DNA from: Tubiluchus corallicola
Taxonomy: Eukaryota > Animalia > Priapulida
Direction of reading: 5' to 3'
NCBI GenBank assembly: GCA_030141605.1
Contig: JAQGDQ010000420.1
Coordinates: 124,001-188,000 of the forward strand
DNA length: 64,000 bases
How positions within the stretch are numbered: the stretch's first letter is position 1; the number at the start of each line of letters is the position of its first letter. Shown here piece after piece: positions 52,378 through 64,000 of the stretch. Both the position numbers and the translations under genes were made by a program. Below the pieces are notes generated by a model. The model worked only from the letters and a program-made list of their open reading frames with translations. It searched no databases and was not told where the DNA came from.

Positions 52378-55300
52378 TTTCTGTAAACCATTCTTTATTC
52401 TGCTATCAAGAAGCCAAGTAGACTGATTTTGGTTCAACTAGTAGTCTGTAGAGTATGGGTGACCTTTCCATTTATGGTCTGTATGCATGAATATGATGTA
52501 CCTTCCAACAGGAACTTGAATCTCTGGTCATGTGATTACAGCTCTATTCTCTCAGGCATGCAAGTTTCAGTTGATCTAGAGACAGCATTGAGAAAGGATG
52601 CAAATTTTTTTACTGTTAAATATCATATTGCTAACTTTATGACTGTTTGTTCAACACCAGTTGCATGTTGAGTTTGAAATGCCTAGGTGGAAAAGTTATA
52701 CCTCATTTCTAAGGTCTTATTTGTATGTAATACTCACGTTTACAGATCAACACGAAAGGTGCGGTGGAGATTTTAAACGCCGTGCAACGCTAAAACGCAG
52801 GCATGTTCGCCTTTAGATTGGCACAAAGCTTTCTTCGCGCTGTGAGCTATTCGAATAAAGATGCAAGGTACCTATTGGTTACTCGCGTCACGTGACCTGT
52901 GATACTGCCGACTCACCATGGCAATTGTTTGTGTACACTACCAACAATGAAGTTCGCGTTCTAAAGTCCAAACGGAAACAGAATTTTGTTTTTAAAGTTT
53001 AATTTTAAGGATTTTTGCTTATTTTAATTTTTTAACTACCACACGTGTTATATATGAACATTTAATTAGTAAACGCCAACGAAGATGCCAGTGTGTAGTG
53101 CACCAGAGTGCTTGAACACACAAAAGTGTAGGGCCAGAAATAACGTGGCATAGATTTCCGCTGAACTTTTAAGGCATTGGCTACGTAATTTACGCCGCAA
53201 AAACTTTCAACCCGTGAACTCGAGTAAACTCTGTTCTGAACATTTCACCGATGACTGTTTTGTTCTTTGTTCCTAGCATGTATCATGAGATCATGGGCTT
53301 GCCGTATAAAAGAAATAAGCTAAAGTAAGATGCGGTGCCCACTGTTTTCAAGCATCGTCTCAAGATTAAACGACGTGTGCATTCAGAAAAGCGAATTGCA
53401 GAGAAGGAAAGAAAAGAGGTATGAGAAGAAATATTTCGCTTACAAGTAATAATGAATAAAAAACCAACATTTTACCTTCACTATACACATTTGTCTGTAA
53501 CCGAAATAAAATTGCCTAAACTTTCCACCTGTACAAGAAAAAAGCTTGTCTCGATTATTCTTAACTAAAGGTTATAATTGTTTACAGTTGCTTGCCAAAC
53601 TGCTTGAAAGTCCACAGAGTGAAGAAAAAACCAAAACAAAATTGGTAAGTCTCAGTAACCCGATCATACAAAAATCAGAAGTGATCAGAAGATCAGAAAA
53701 AAATTCATACCAAAATTTTAACCATGTTAGCAATAATTGTCTCCTTAAAAGGGAAAAACAATTCTGTGACTGTAAAGTATTTTAAGTCACACTATTCTAA
53801 CTTCAGCTAAAGCAATTTGACTGTAATGAGGAGAATACATTTTTTAAAAGAAAACTAGTCTTATTTAAATCTGTGATGCCCTACTATGTCGTGTATTACT
53901 AAACACTTGTACTTTATATGCAGCGCACGAGCACTGAATACCAATAATGCTTGCAATTGAATGAAATATAGCTAATAATCTACAATTGTGCCAATAGCTG
54001 TAATATCCAGGAAATACAGCAATTATGGTCTTATTTTGCTTTTTGTAAATATTGACAATTGTTTCTGTTATACCTACCTGCCTTTTACAGGCAGCAAAGA
54101 AACAATAATTTTGAATGAGCACCTATGGTATCCATGTTACCATACTAACTCATTTTAAGACAAACTCATCGTGTATATTAATTCTACTGGTATATATATA
54201 TATATATTTATCAAACAAAAGGTCTTGATCTAGTGTCATGCCATTGGGGGTTTATTTTTCAAATCGGGCCGAACGGGGGGCAAAAAACCATTTTTCGACC
54301 GTTTTTTGTAAAAGTTATACGTCCGAGATCTGGAGAACTGGAAGGGGCCATGGGTGATGCTGGCCATGGATAGATAGCCCGTTCAGTGATGGGTGTAGTA
54401 GGCATATTTAGAATTTGCAAGAGGGCCACGGCGTCTCCAGTAACAGGCTTTTTCCCCGACCCAACTCGCGATTTTTTCGAAATTTTGCTCAAACAGCATG
54501 CGAAAAAAACGTTCTAGCGGCACCTGGTGGGACTCTCGGAACGAGATAATGGCTCTTTAGAAAGAGGAAGAACAGGGCTATACGATGATGTAAGCTATAT
54601 GTTAGGACAGTTCTACCAAGAGGAGTGACCACGAGTTAATTAGATGTTCCATTTTTGGCAATTTTCGCTTGGAAAACTGCTGACGCAAACCATTGTTCTG
54701 ACGTCATCCATTATACTCTGTCTGTAACCTTATAGCTTTAATTCAGTAAAAGCTGCTGCTGCTGCTGGCTTTTCGCGTGATAAAAACGAGGACTATGTAG
54801 GATGTTCGCGTATATTTGATTATACGTGAATTTGTACGCAAAATTTTTTGCGGGCCTTTGCTAGTTTTATATTATTGTTTCTGTTGTTTTAGCAGACCAT
54901 CAAAAGGACACGGAAGTCAATTGCAGCATCAGCAAAAGATATTTCCAAACGTTACTCTACCTTGTCTTCCACAGAGGTATGTTCATTTATCTGTGTAATT
55001 AGTGTGTTGGATTGACATGAATTAGACTCAATTATTGTGATCTATTATTTAGCTGCAGCAAATTAAAAAGAAGGTAGGTTGATGCAATACACATTTCAAG
55101 AATTTGCGGCATCTTGTAACTTTGTGAAAGCTTTTTGTTTTGCATAAATTTAGTTTTGGTTGTGACTACATTTACAAGTTACACTTAACAGTAACTGTAA
55201 TCTTATCTTCTGTATAGATGACTAGAGTACATGCATGTAACCTTCTTAGTTCTAGTGCATGAATTGTGTGCTAAAAATTGTTTTTTTCAGGAATTTCATA

Positions 55301-56265
55301 CGTCATTAAAGAAAAAGAAAACAGCAGAAGCTGCCGCAACACGTTCGTCTTTAGGATTACCAGAATTGTATGCTATTACTGAGATGACACCTGTAAGAAA
55401 GCAAACTTTGTATTGCCTGATTTTCTGCCTTGTTTGTAATTTTCCTTTTTAATGCTAAAATGCATATTATGTTTCTGTGAAACCATTATCTATGCAGTGC
55501 AGTAGAATCTCTTGCTATCGCACGATTAATTATCTAAAAACACTATTTTTACTTAAAATGATCTTACTAACATTAAATAATGGCGAAGACTGACTTGCCA
55601 ATAAGCTCCAGAAAATTGATATTTTTGTCAGTCTAGCAAATTGCCTGAAATGAAGGATGTTTGCACAGTTATTTCACTCTTGGTGAAACTTTGCATTGTT
55701 GTGCAATTTACAAAAAAGTTATTAGCTCAAAATCATTTTTACAAGTTTTGTTATGTGGAGTGTGCACAATTGTTAGAACTTTCTGGCAATAAAGAATTAT
55801 ATTTATTATTAACAAACAATATAGCTATTTAGTATAGGAACACATATCCTTAAATACCTTCACGTTGTTGGCCTTTTATTGTAAACAGGTCGATCTATGC
55901 CAGCACTATCCAAGTCAATTTGCAAACAATGTCCAGAAAGAAAAAAAATTGTGCTGATTTAACTACAGTCTTTTTCGCAACATAATTAAAATCCTACATA
56001 ATTTTGCAGTTTAATCATCAAATTTCGATTTTTTTTCTTATACAGCGCAGACCAACAGCCATTCCAGCACCAGTTTATGGCACATCTGGGCGTGTTAGGC
56101 GTGACCACACATATGCACCGCCTCCACGATCTGCTTCTAAAATGACACGAGTGGCTTCACCTATTGCATTAACATTGGTATAACTTGTTATTTTTGTTCA
56201 GGCAATCAAACTTGGTTGTTTAATGTCACGTGTTAAATTCAAAAGAATGTGCATACATTTGATTA

Positions 56266-56758
56266 CAGTCTAGCCTCGTTATCTCGACCCTCGTTATGCC
56301 GCCAAACTCATCTCTCGCCATAGAAAGTACCAGGACGGATTTCCTGCTTTGATATTTACCTCGTTAAGTCGCCACCCTCGCTTCTCGCCCTCGCCACGTC
56401 ATGCTAGGATGAGTGCTTATGTAAACTATATTCGTTATGTCACCAAACAGACAAACTCAGAGGTGAATCGATCAATACATATACCGCGTGTCGATCAATA
56501 TAACTGCGGTATGTAGACAATGCTGCTGTACTCTATAGACAGACATAATTAATCTAGTGTGTGTCTCACCAGGATTAGATTAGGAGTGCTGTGGTTGGTT
56601 AATGCGCAGGTTAATGTACATAGAGGAACACTATGTTAATCAACTATTATGTATATACATATAGACTAACTTCGTTATATTCCCGTTATCTCGCCATACT
56701 CGCCTCTCGCCAAAAATTTGCCCTAGACGGACAGTGGCGAGATAACGAGGCTAGACTG
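56266..56758. mobile_element. Tc1/mariner (Tigger-like) MITE
   Basis: Perfect TIR CAGTCTAGCCTCGTTATCTCG with TA TSD. Confidence 0.87.
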
Positions 56759-56870
56759 TATAATGTAATGTAGACCTAGTCTGTAGATACATGCCATGGC
56801 TTATTTCTAAAAACTTTCTAAATGTCAGTTCACTCAATTTGAAGTTTTACTTGCTGTTATACGTGAATAA

Positions 56871-57420
56871 CTATGGCCATATCACGCTGAAAACACCGGT
56901 TCTCGTCTGATCACCGAAGTTAAGCAACGTAGAGCTTGGTTAGTACTTGGATGGGTGACTGCCTAGGAATATCAGGTGCTGTAGGCTTGCGGGATGCCCA
57001 CACTGTATCTCGACACTAGGCGGAGGAGCTGCACAAGCAGACAACGGCTAGAGAGCGGAGGAGGTCAAGTGACCCAACGGCCATGTGTAGAGGAGTAAAC
57101 CTTCCAAATCAGGAGTGGGGCCCCGAAGGCGGGACCAGTGCAGCATGCTCACTGACTCCGGCAGCTCCTGCAGCCACCCTGGTGCCAAATGTATCCCTCC
57201 GCTTTCCTTTGGACTACACCAGGGAGAAAGAGAGGGGGTTCCTGTTGCCTGGGCAACTCAGGATTTCCATACACCTTGCCCAGGCATGCGCACTGGAAAC
57301 GTTCAAGGATCGCACTGCTCAGCCACAGTCGACGCTGCAGCTCCATCAATGTGATCAATAACTGACTCTCTTGGCGCACACTCCATTGTCTTCCGAGACA
57401 GAAGGATGCCAACAACAACA
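56871..57420 (+). mobile_element. 5S rRNA-derived SINE, copy 2
   Basis: Colinear and highly similar to 5106-5656. Tail encodes SRIALLSHSRRCS and ends in (CAA)n. TSD TACGTGAATA at 56860-56869 and 57424-57433. Confidence 0.9.
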
Positions 57421-59452
57421 GTGTACGTGAATACCTTTAAATATAATAACGTGATTAATTAATCAAACATTAATTGTAATGAATACTTGTTTATAGTTTA
57501 TACTGACCAGTGTTGATAGTGTGCTTACACTGTTACTTATTTTTCAGGAGTCCCAACGACCAACAGCTGCATCTGAACTGAGCTATGGAACACCGGGACA
57601 TATTCAAATTGAACATTCGTATGCACCAAACATGGAATCACCATCCACATCTGCAGGAGCCGTATCACCTTATCTGAAGGACATGCCATCATCTTCATCC
57701 TCTTCCACACCAGAGTCTGCTTCTGACATAGAGTACAGTCCAAAAAATAGTGAAGAAAGTCATACACAAACACCTGTAAAGCAGATTAGTGGGCAGGAAG
57801 GCAAATATACTGTGTTTGAATCCAATCTTATGGAATTATTCAATTTTTGCAAAGTCTGTGGTCTCACTATTGTCTACAAGGAAACTTCCACATTAGGATC
57901 TATGCTAACTGTTAAAGTGGAGTGTCATGCTGGACACATATATAGTTGGAAGTCACAACCTTTACAACATCAGATGCCAATGAGCAACTTACTAATTACT
58001 GCTGCGGCTACATTATTTACAGGAGCCACTTACACCATTATACACGATAACGCTAAAGCTATTAATTTGTAACTTTTTTCAAAAACAACGTTCCTTAAAA
58101 TTCTGAAAAGTCAACTCTTTCCCGTTATTCAAGAAGCTTGGTCTCTCACAATATAATGCACTCAAACACCTTCAACAAGAAACGCTTATACTAGCTGGTG
58201 ATGCACGCAGTGACAGTCCTGGGCACTCTGCCAAATACAGTGCTACTCCCTTATGCATGCTGATGGGAGACAAATCCCGGGAACGAGAAAAATTGTTGAT
58301 GTACAAGTATCTGAGGTTTGTTTTTTTCAACATTACATTACAGGATAACTACAACAGCAACTGTTAAAAGACATTCTAAATTTACACCAAGACATTTCAA
58401 TCACAATTTGACAAGTAATAAAAGCATCAGTTGACGGCCTGAACTATTTCTGTTTGCAAAAAATTAAATAAGTAGTAACATACTGATAACACATATTATG
58501 GGATATTAATTCGATATCTGTTTTCTTTGCATAGGTTAAAAACTCAAACACTATGGAGCCGGAAGGTCTCAGGAGATCATTGAATAGGCTGAAACATGAT
58601 AACATTAAGCCATGCATTTTAGCAACGGATCGCCACACCACTGTAACATCAATAATGAAGAAAGAATTCCCTGATATAACTCATGAGTTTGACATGTGGC
58701 ATGTTGCCAAGAATGTTACTAAAAACCTCGCAGCAAACACAAAATCAAAATCTTGCAAGACCTAGGTCCATGGATCCAAAGCATTTGTAATCACTTGTGG
58801 TGGTGTTGCGGAATGTGCAAAGGAGATCCCCAATTGCTAAGGTAAGCTTGTAAAAAAAGTTAATGTCTTTTAGTATTCAAATCGTGAATTTTTACAGATA
58901 TTTGTTGATTATAGAAAAATTTCAATTAATCCTGACATTATTTTCTGCAGGGAAATGTGGATCTCTATTTTGAACCACATATCCAATAAACACAGTTGGG
59001 TTGGTGATGTGCTGTACCACAAATGTGCTCATGAGTTGCTGAAGAAAGAACTACATCATGGCCAGAGGCAGGGTCACCACCTCATAAAGCTCTACAAGCT
59101 GTTGTTTTGGATAAAAGCTTAATGAAGGCTTTACCACTCCTAGTAAACTTTTGCCATACTGGGGAACTTGAGGTGTTCCATAGCTTGGTACTGAAGTATT
59201 GTAGCAAGCGGCAGCATTTTCCTTATTCAGGTATGTTTTCCAACTATAGGGTTCATGTACAGTAGTCGCATGACGTTTGTCCAAAAAAAACGAAAATATT
59301 TATATTATGGTGTAATTTAAATGAAAAGTAGAGTTTATTTTAATTCAAAAACTCTGAACACTGTTGTCAAAACTGTTTCTAGATAAATATATTGATTGAA
59401 AACTAGCTACTTTGTCTGAAATGCCTAAAGTACAATGGATATTTAAGTGATA

Positions 59453-59487
<35 letters not shown>

Positions 59488-60258
59488 CGTGTCTGAAAAT
59501 GACAAAGTAATATATTTACAGTGTTTTCAACTGCCTTCATCACAATTAATAATATATGTTATTGCTGACCAATGTATGAAAAATAGAAATAGCACAAGAT
59601 CCTTATAATTTACATTATAATTGAATATTTAACATAAACATTGAATCAGACATTTTAAGAAAGAAGAAACCATTGAGTGGTAAGCTTACATGATTTCGTT
59701 TGATTTTAGGAATGAAAGCAAGGCATTTGCTTGCTGCACTCCACTGGAATAGTCTCCAAGAAATGCCAATTGATCCACAGATCACAAAACACGATGTCAT
59801 TTACTCCAGAAAAAGGAAAACATGGGACCTACGTTCTCCGCAGCAGAGTAAACCTAGTCATGCTATAAATTTAGTAAACAAAGTTGTGGAAGTGCACAGA
59901 TTAAAAGTTGATTTGCCCCCCCCCCCATAAGTGTTCCAGTTTCAAAAGAACCAAAGCCAACGCAACAGGAATTAAAAGAAAAACACCACGCTCGTTTAAC
60001 TGTTCAAGAGTGAAATGGAAGAGAAACGTCATAGTTTTATTATAGTTATTGAGCAATTGAGTTCATTCGCTGGTACTCTCACTTTTGATATAAATTATTC
60101 ACCCTGATAAATTTGGGTAGCTCTTCATGAAGCCAGCAATCAGAATGAACACAACATTCCGGACAAATTATATCCGTCAAAATATTATATACTTAAGGTA
60201 TCATTTTAAGCAAAATATTATATAATAATTATCAAAGTCATTATCAACAACATTATTA

Positions 60259-63200
60259 GCAAAATATCAATGCATCCACAAACAAGTTTTTTTGTTTCCA
60301 ATTTTTTACTGAGGTTCGGTTTCCTCAAATTTTATTTTATTTTACATTTTTTATTTTTTTTTTGTTTTACATTTTTTAATTTTTTTTGTTTTACATTTTT
60401 TAATTTTTTAATTTTTCGTCCAATTTTTTACCGAGCTTAGGTATGCTCTCATCGTATCTTCTCATCGTAATCCTTCTTCTACTACTCCTTCTACTCCTGC
60501 AAAACACAGAAAAATCCAAAACTTAGACAAAACTGATAATTATATGAATTAAAAGTACACATTAACTTCACATTAAAAATTATAATACCTTAAGTAACAC
60601 ACATACAATAGATGACAGTAGTCATAAATTACAATACTGTGTTTGTTTTGTTAAACAGAAACGAGCAGCCAATACTAGTTACTACTAACGTATTATTAAT
60701 TATGCACAGAGACCCATTCGCAGTGAAGCCTAACTATTGAAGTTTAGTGAAGCCGGGGACTAAAGAAGCCACAGTAGCGTAAGCAATAAAAATTCGAAGT
60801 TAGTTGTTTACCAAAGGTCTAAAAAAGGGAAGACAGGTTGGTCTTTCCGTCAACTAAGCCAACAAAAGCTGACAAGTAATTGAGTGTCTTCCACTCATTC
60901 GTAAACTTGCAAATGATCGTGGGACATCATCATTATATTCGGAATCCTTTACGTACAATAGCTGGACGCCATGTTTAATTCTCCTCTCTAGATTGTATAT
61001 ATGAAGGTGACAGCATGAACCAAAGGTGTAATCGCTTGCAGGAAACTATCCTTCTGGTACATGCTGGTATATCTGATTTGACAGAACTGATCAAATAAAC
61101 AGTCTCTATCCTATTTCCAATTTCCTAATTCCATAATTTTTAATCGTTTTCTGTAGAAATTTTTTAGGAGTTTAGCGAAAGCAGCGCCATGAAGCAACTA
61201 GTGTCATATTTGCATCCTCTCCCCTGAATGTTTGTGTCTCGTCATGTGGAAAAACTACGAGAAATTTTAGTACATGCACTACACTGAAACTACCATGTAC
61301 AATAAAGAAGTGATTTGAAACCAAGTCTTACCATTGCCCCTATACGTTCACCTGTCCTGGCAGCGATCATCCGAAAATGGTCACCGCCAGCTCTTCGTTC
61401 AGTTTTCTTTCTGTTTCCTTGTTCCTTCTCTCCTTTTCTTTTCCATCCTACAGAAAAAAAACGTATTAGTAAATTCTCAAGTCTAAAAAGCATCGTGCCG
61501 TTGTAGTGTAGGGTTTAGCATGGAGTCTGGGAGAGAAGAAGACCATGGTGCGAGTCCCAGTGCAGATATGAAACTGCTTGAGACTTACTAATTAACATTT
61601 TGCTTACAGCAGAATCTTCTTGATATACACCAGGTCTTTATTTTTATTTATTTATTGTTAGTCTTCCGTTTTGTTTCTTTAAAAACTCGTACACGCACGG
61701 GGCTGGGGGCGGAGGGTCACAAAACACAGGGCTAGATGTTCACGAAGCAAAATATCAATGCATCCACAAACAAGTTTTTTTGGTCCAATTTTTTATTGAG
61801 GTTCGGTTTCATCGAAATGTTTTTTTATTTTACATTTTTTTTATTTTTTTTGTTTTACATTTTTTAATTTTTTTGTTTTACATTTTTTATTTTCTTTTAA
61901 ATTTTTTAATTTTGTGTCCAATTTTTTTACGAGCTTAGGGATGCTCGTCCCTCTTCTTCTACTCCTGCAAAACACAGAAAAATCCAAAACTTAGACAAAA
62001 CTGATAATTATATGAATTAGAAGTACACATTAACTTCATATTAAAAATTATAATACCTTAAGTAACACACATACAATAGATGACAGTAGTCATAAATTAC
62101 AATACTGTGTTTGTTTTGTTAAACAGAAACGAGCAGCCGATACTAGTTACTACTGACGTATTATTAATTATGCACAGAGACCCACTCGCAGTGAAGCCGG
62201 GGACTAAAGAAGCCACAGTAGCGTAAGCAATAAAAATTCGAAGTTAGTTGTTTACCAAAGGTCTAAAAAAGGGAAGACAGGTTGGTCTTTCCGTCAACTA
62301 AGCCAGCCAAAGCTGACAATTAATTGAGTGTCTTCCACTCATTCTTAAACTTGCAAATGATCATGGGACATCATCATTATATTCGGAATCCTTTACGTAC
62401 AATAGCTGGACGCCATCTTTAATTCTCCTCTTTAGATTCTATATATGAAGGTGACAACATGAACCAATGGTGTAATTGCTTGCAGGAAACTATCCTTCTG
62501 GTACATGCTGGTATATCTGATTTGACAGAACTGATCAAATAAACAGTCTCTATCCTATTTCCAATTTCCTAATTCCATAATTTTTAATCATTTTCTGTAG
62601 AAATTTTTTAGGAGTTTAGCAAAAGCAACGCCATGAAGCAACTAGTGTCATATTTGCATCCTCTCCCCTGAATGTTTGTGTCTCGTCATGTGGAAAAACT
62701 ACGAGAAATTTTAGTACATGCACTACACTGAAACTACCATGTACAATAAAGAAGTGATTTGAAACCAAGTCTTACCATTGCCCCTATACGTTCACCTGTC
62801 CTGGCAGCGACCATCCGAAAATGGTCACTGCCAGCTCTTCGTTCAGTTTTCTTTCTGTTTCCTTGTTCCTTCTCTCCTTTTCTTTTCCATCCTACAGAAA
62901 AAAACGTATTAGTAAATTCTCAAGTCTAAAAAGCATCGTGCCGTTGTAGTGTAGGGTTTAGCATGGAGTCCGGGAGAGAAGAAGACCGTGGTGCGAGTCC
63001 CAGTGCAGATGTGAAACTGCTTGAGACTTACTAATTAACATTTTGCTTACAGCAGAATCTTCTTGATATACACCAGGTCTTTATTTTTATTTATTTATTG
63101 TTAGTCTTCCGTTTTGTTTCTTTAAAAACTCGTACACGCACGGGGCTGCAGGGTCACAAAACACAGGGCTAGATGTTCACGAAGCAAAATATCAATGCAT

Positions 63201-63393
63201 CCACAAACAAGTTTTTTTGGTTCAATTTTTTATTGAGGTTTGGTTTCCTCGAAATGTTTTTTTTATTTTACATTTTTTAATTTTTTTGGTTTTACATTTT
63301 TTAATTTTTTTTACATTTCTTATTTTTTTTAATTTTTTAATTTTGTGTCCTATTTTTTTATGAGCTTCGGGATGCTCGTCCCTCTTCTTCTAC
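60259..63393. repeat. ~1.45-kb tandem repeat (two full units plus a partial third), with a dispersed partial copy at ~47270-47740
   Basis: The anchor AAAATATCAATGCATCCACAAAC recurs at ~60261, ~61749 and ~63187, and the units are near-identical. Confidence 0.95.
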
Positions 63394-64000
63394 TATTTTT
63401 TCAAACATATCTTTCAGCAATTCGTGTTCAAAGAAAATTTAGCTATGGCAGGTTCCCAGTTTCAATTTCTGTTCCAAAATTAATGATTGGATTAAGAAAT
63501 TTTATTTAATGTGATTAGTGTAAATTCGTTAGCACTACTGCAACTGTGTCAACACGTATCAGTATATGTATGAATATCCATACACAAAAATGTTTGAATG
63601 TGTATACTGGTAATGCAATTTCTGCTTATCTTGGTCATGGAAAATCAATATTTGGTCAGGGAAAAGTCGTGGAAAAGTCAGGGAAATTTATTTTTAAATT
63701 CTGTGGGAACGCTGTTTTAGGATCAAATCCTTCTATAAAAGCCATCCAGAGCATTGGGTAACATTTCTCATTCTGCTTTTGACTGTGCATAATCTCTGAG
63801 TCAGATAATCTGTTAATGGTATAGTTACATATTGTTACATTGTGCATTAATGCATTATAAATACATATTAACTCATTATAAATACATTGTGTCGTTGTTT
63901 ATGATTCTTAAAGGAACACAGTACGATTTTTCATACACTAACCCATTTTCAAGTCCTATAAAAAGTACACATTTTAACACAATTAATACTGCAAAAGTTT

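Larger units (their letters stand above)
53085..60013 (+). mobile_element. Decayed multi-exon THAP-domain DDE transposase gene (Kolobok-like)
   Basis: Exon 1 (53085-53418) encodes a THAP domain: MPVCSAPEC...WHRFP...WLRNLRR...LCSEHFTDDCF...AVPTVF. Later exons (~57549-58316, 58535-58841, 58951-59230, 59711-60013) carry CKVC...CHAGH, GDARSDSPGHSAKY, ATDRH, EFDMWH and HTGELEVFHS. Multiple frameshifts and stops. Element termini not identified. Confidence 0.75.

Noticed and set aside
60020-60260. Convergent KolX-type ORF or right terminus of the Kolobok-like element
   Set aside because: No cysteine-rich ORF was seen, and no inverted match to the sequence upstream of 53085 was found by eye.
60259-63393. 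Spliced-leader RNA or snRNA tandem cluster
   Set aside because: The unit size would fit, but I recognised no snRNA sequence or convincing leader-donor-Sm site arrangement. An Rfam search is needed.

Overview
AT-rich, intron-containing eukaryotic DNA. The 5S-like sequence and transposon families suggest an invertebrate animal; the taxon is an inference. 2.2-34.2 kb holds two head-to-head 12-exon paralogs of the RETSAT (retinol saturase)/carotenoid oxidoreductase family, which differ reciprocally in two intron positions. 35.0-43.7 kb holds an intact 10-exon amidase-signature gene on the minus strand, with a same-orientation solo LTR about 160 bp upstream of its likely ATG. 44-64 kb is an accessory region: minisatellites, orphan exons (a second amidase last exon and a BBE-type oxidase C-terminus), a 5'-truncated RTE LINE, a decayed multi-exon THAP+DDE (Kolobok-like) transposase, and a ~1.45 kb tandem repeat with splice-like signals. 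The most notable element is a composite SINE in two copies: a 5S rRNA head, an RTE-like middle body, an RTE ORF-end tail, (CAA)n and target-site duplications. All exon and element boundaries were read by eye and may be off by a few bases.
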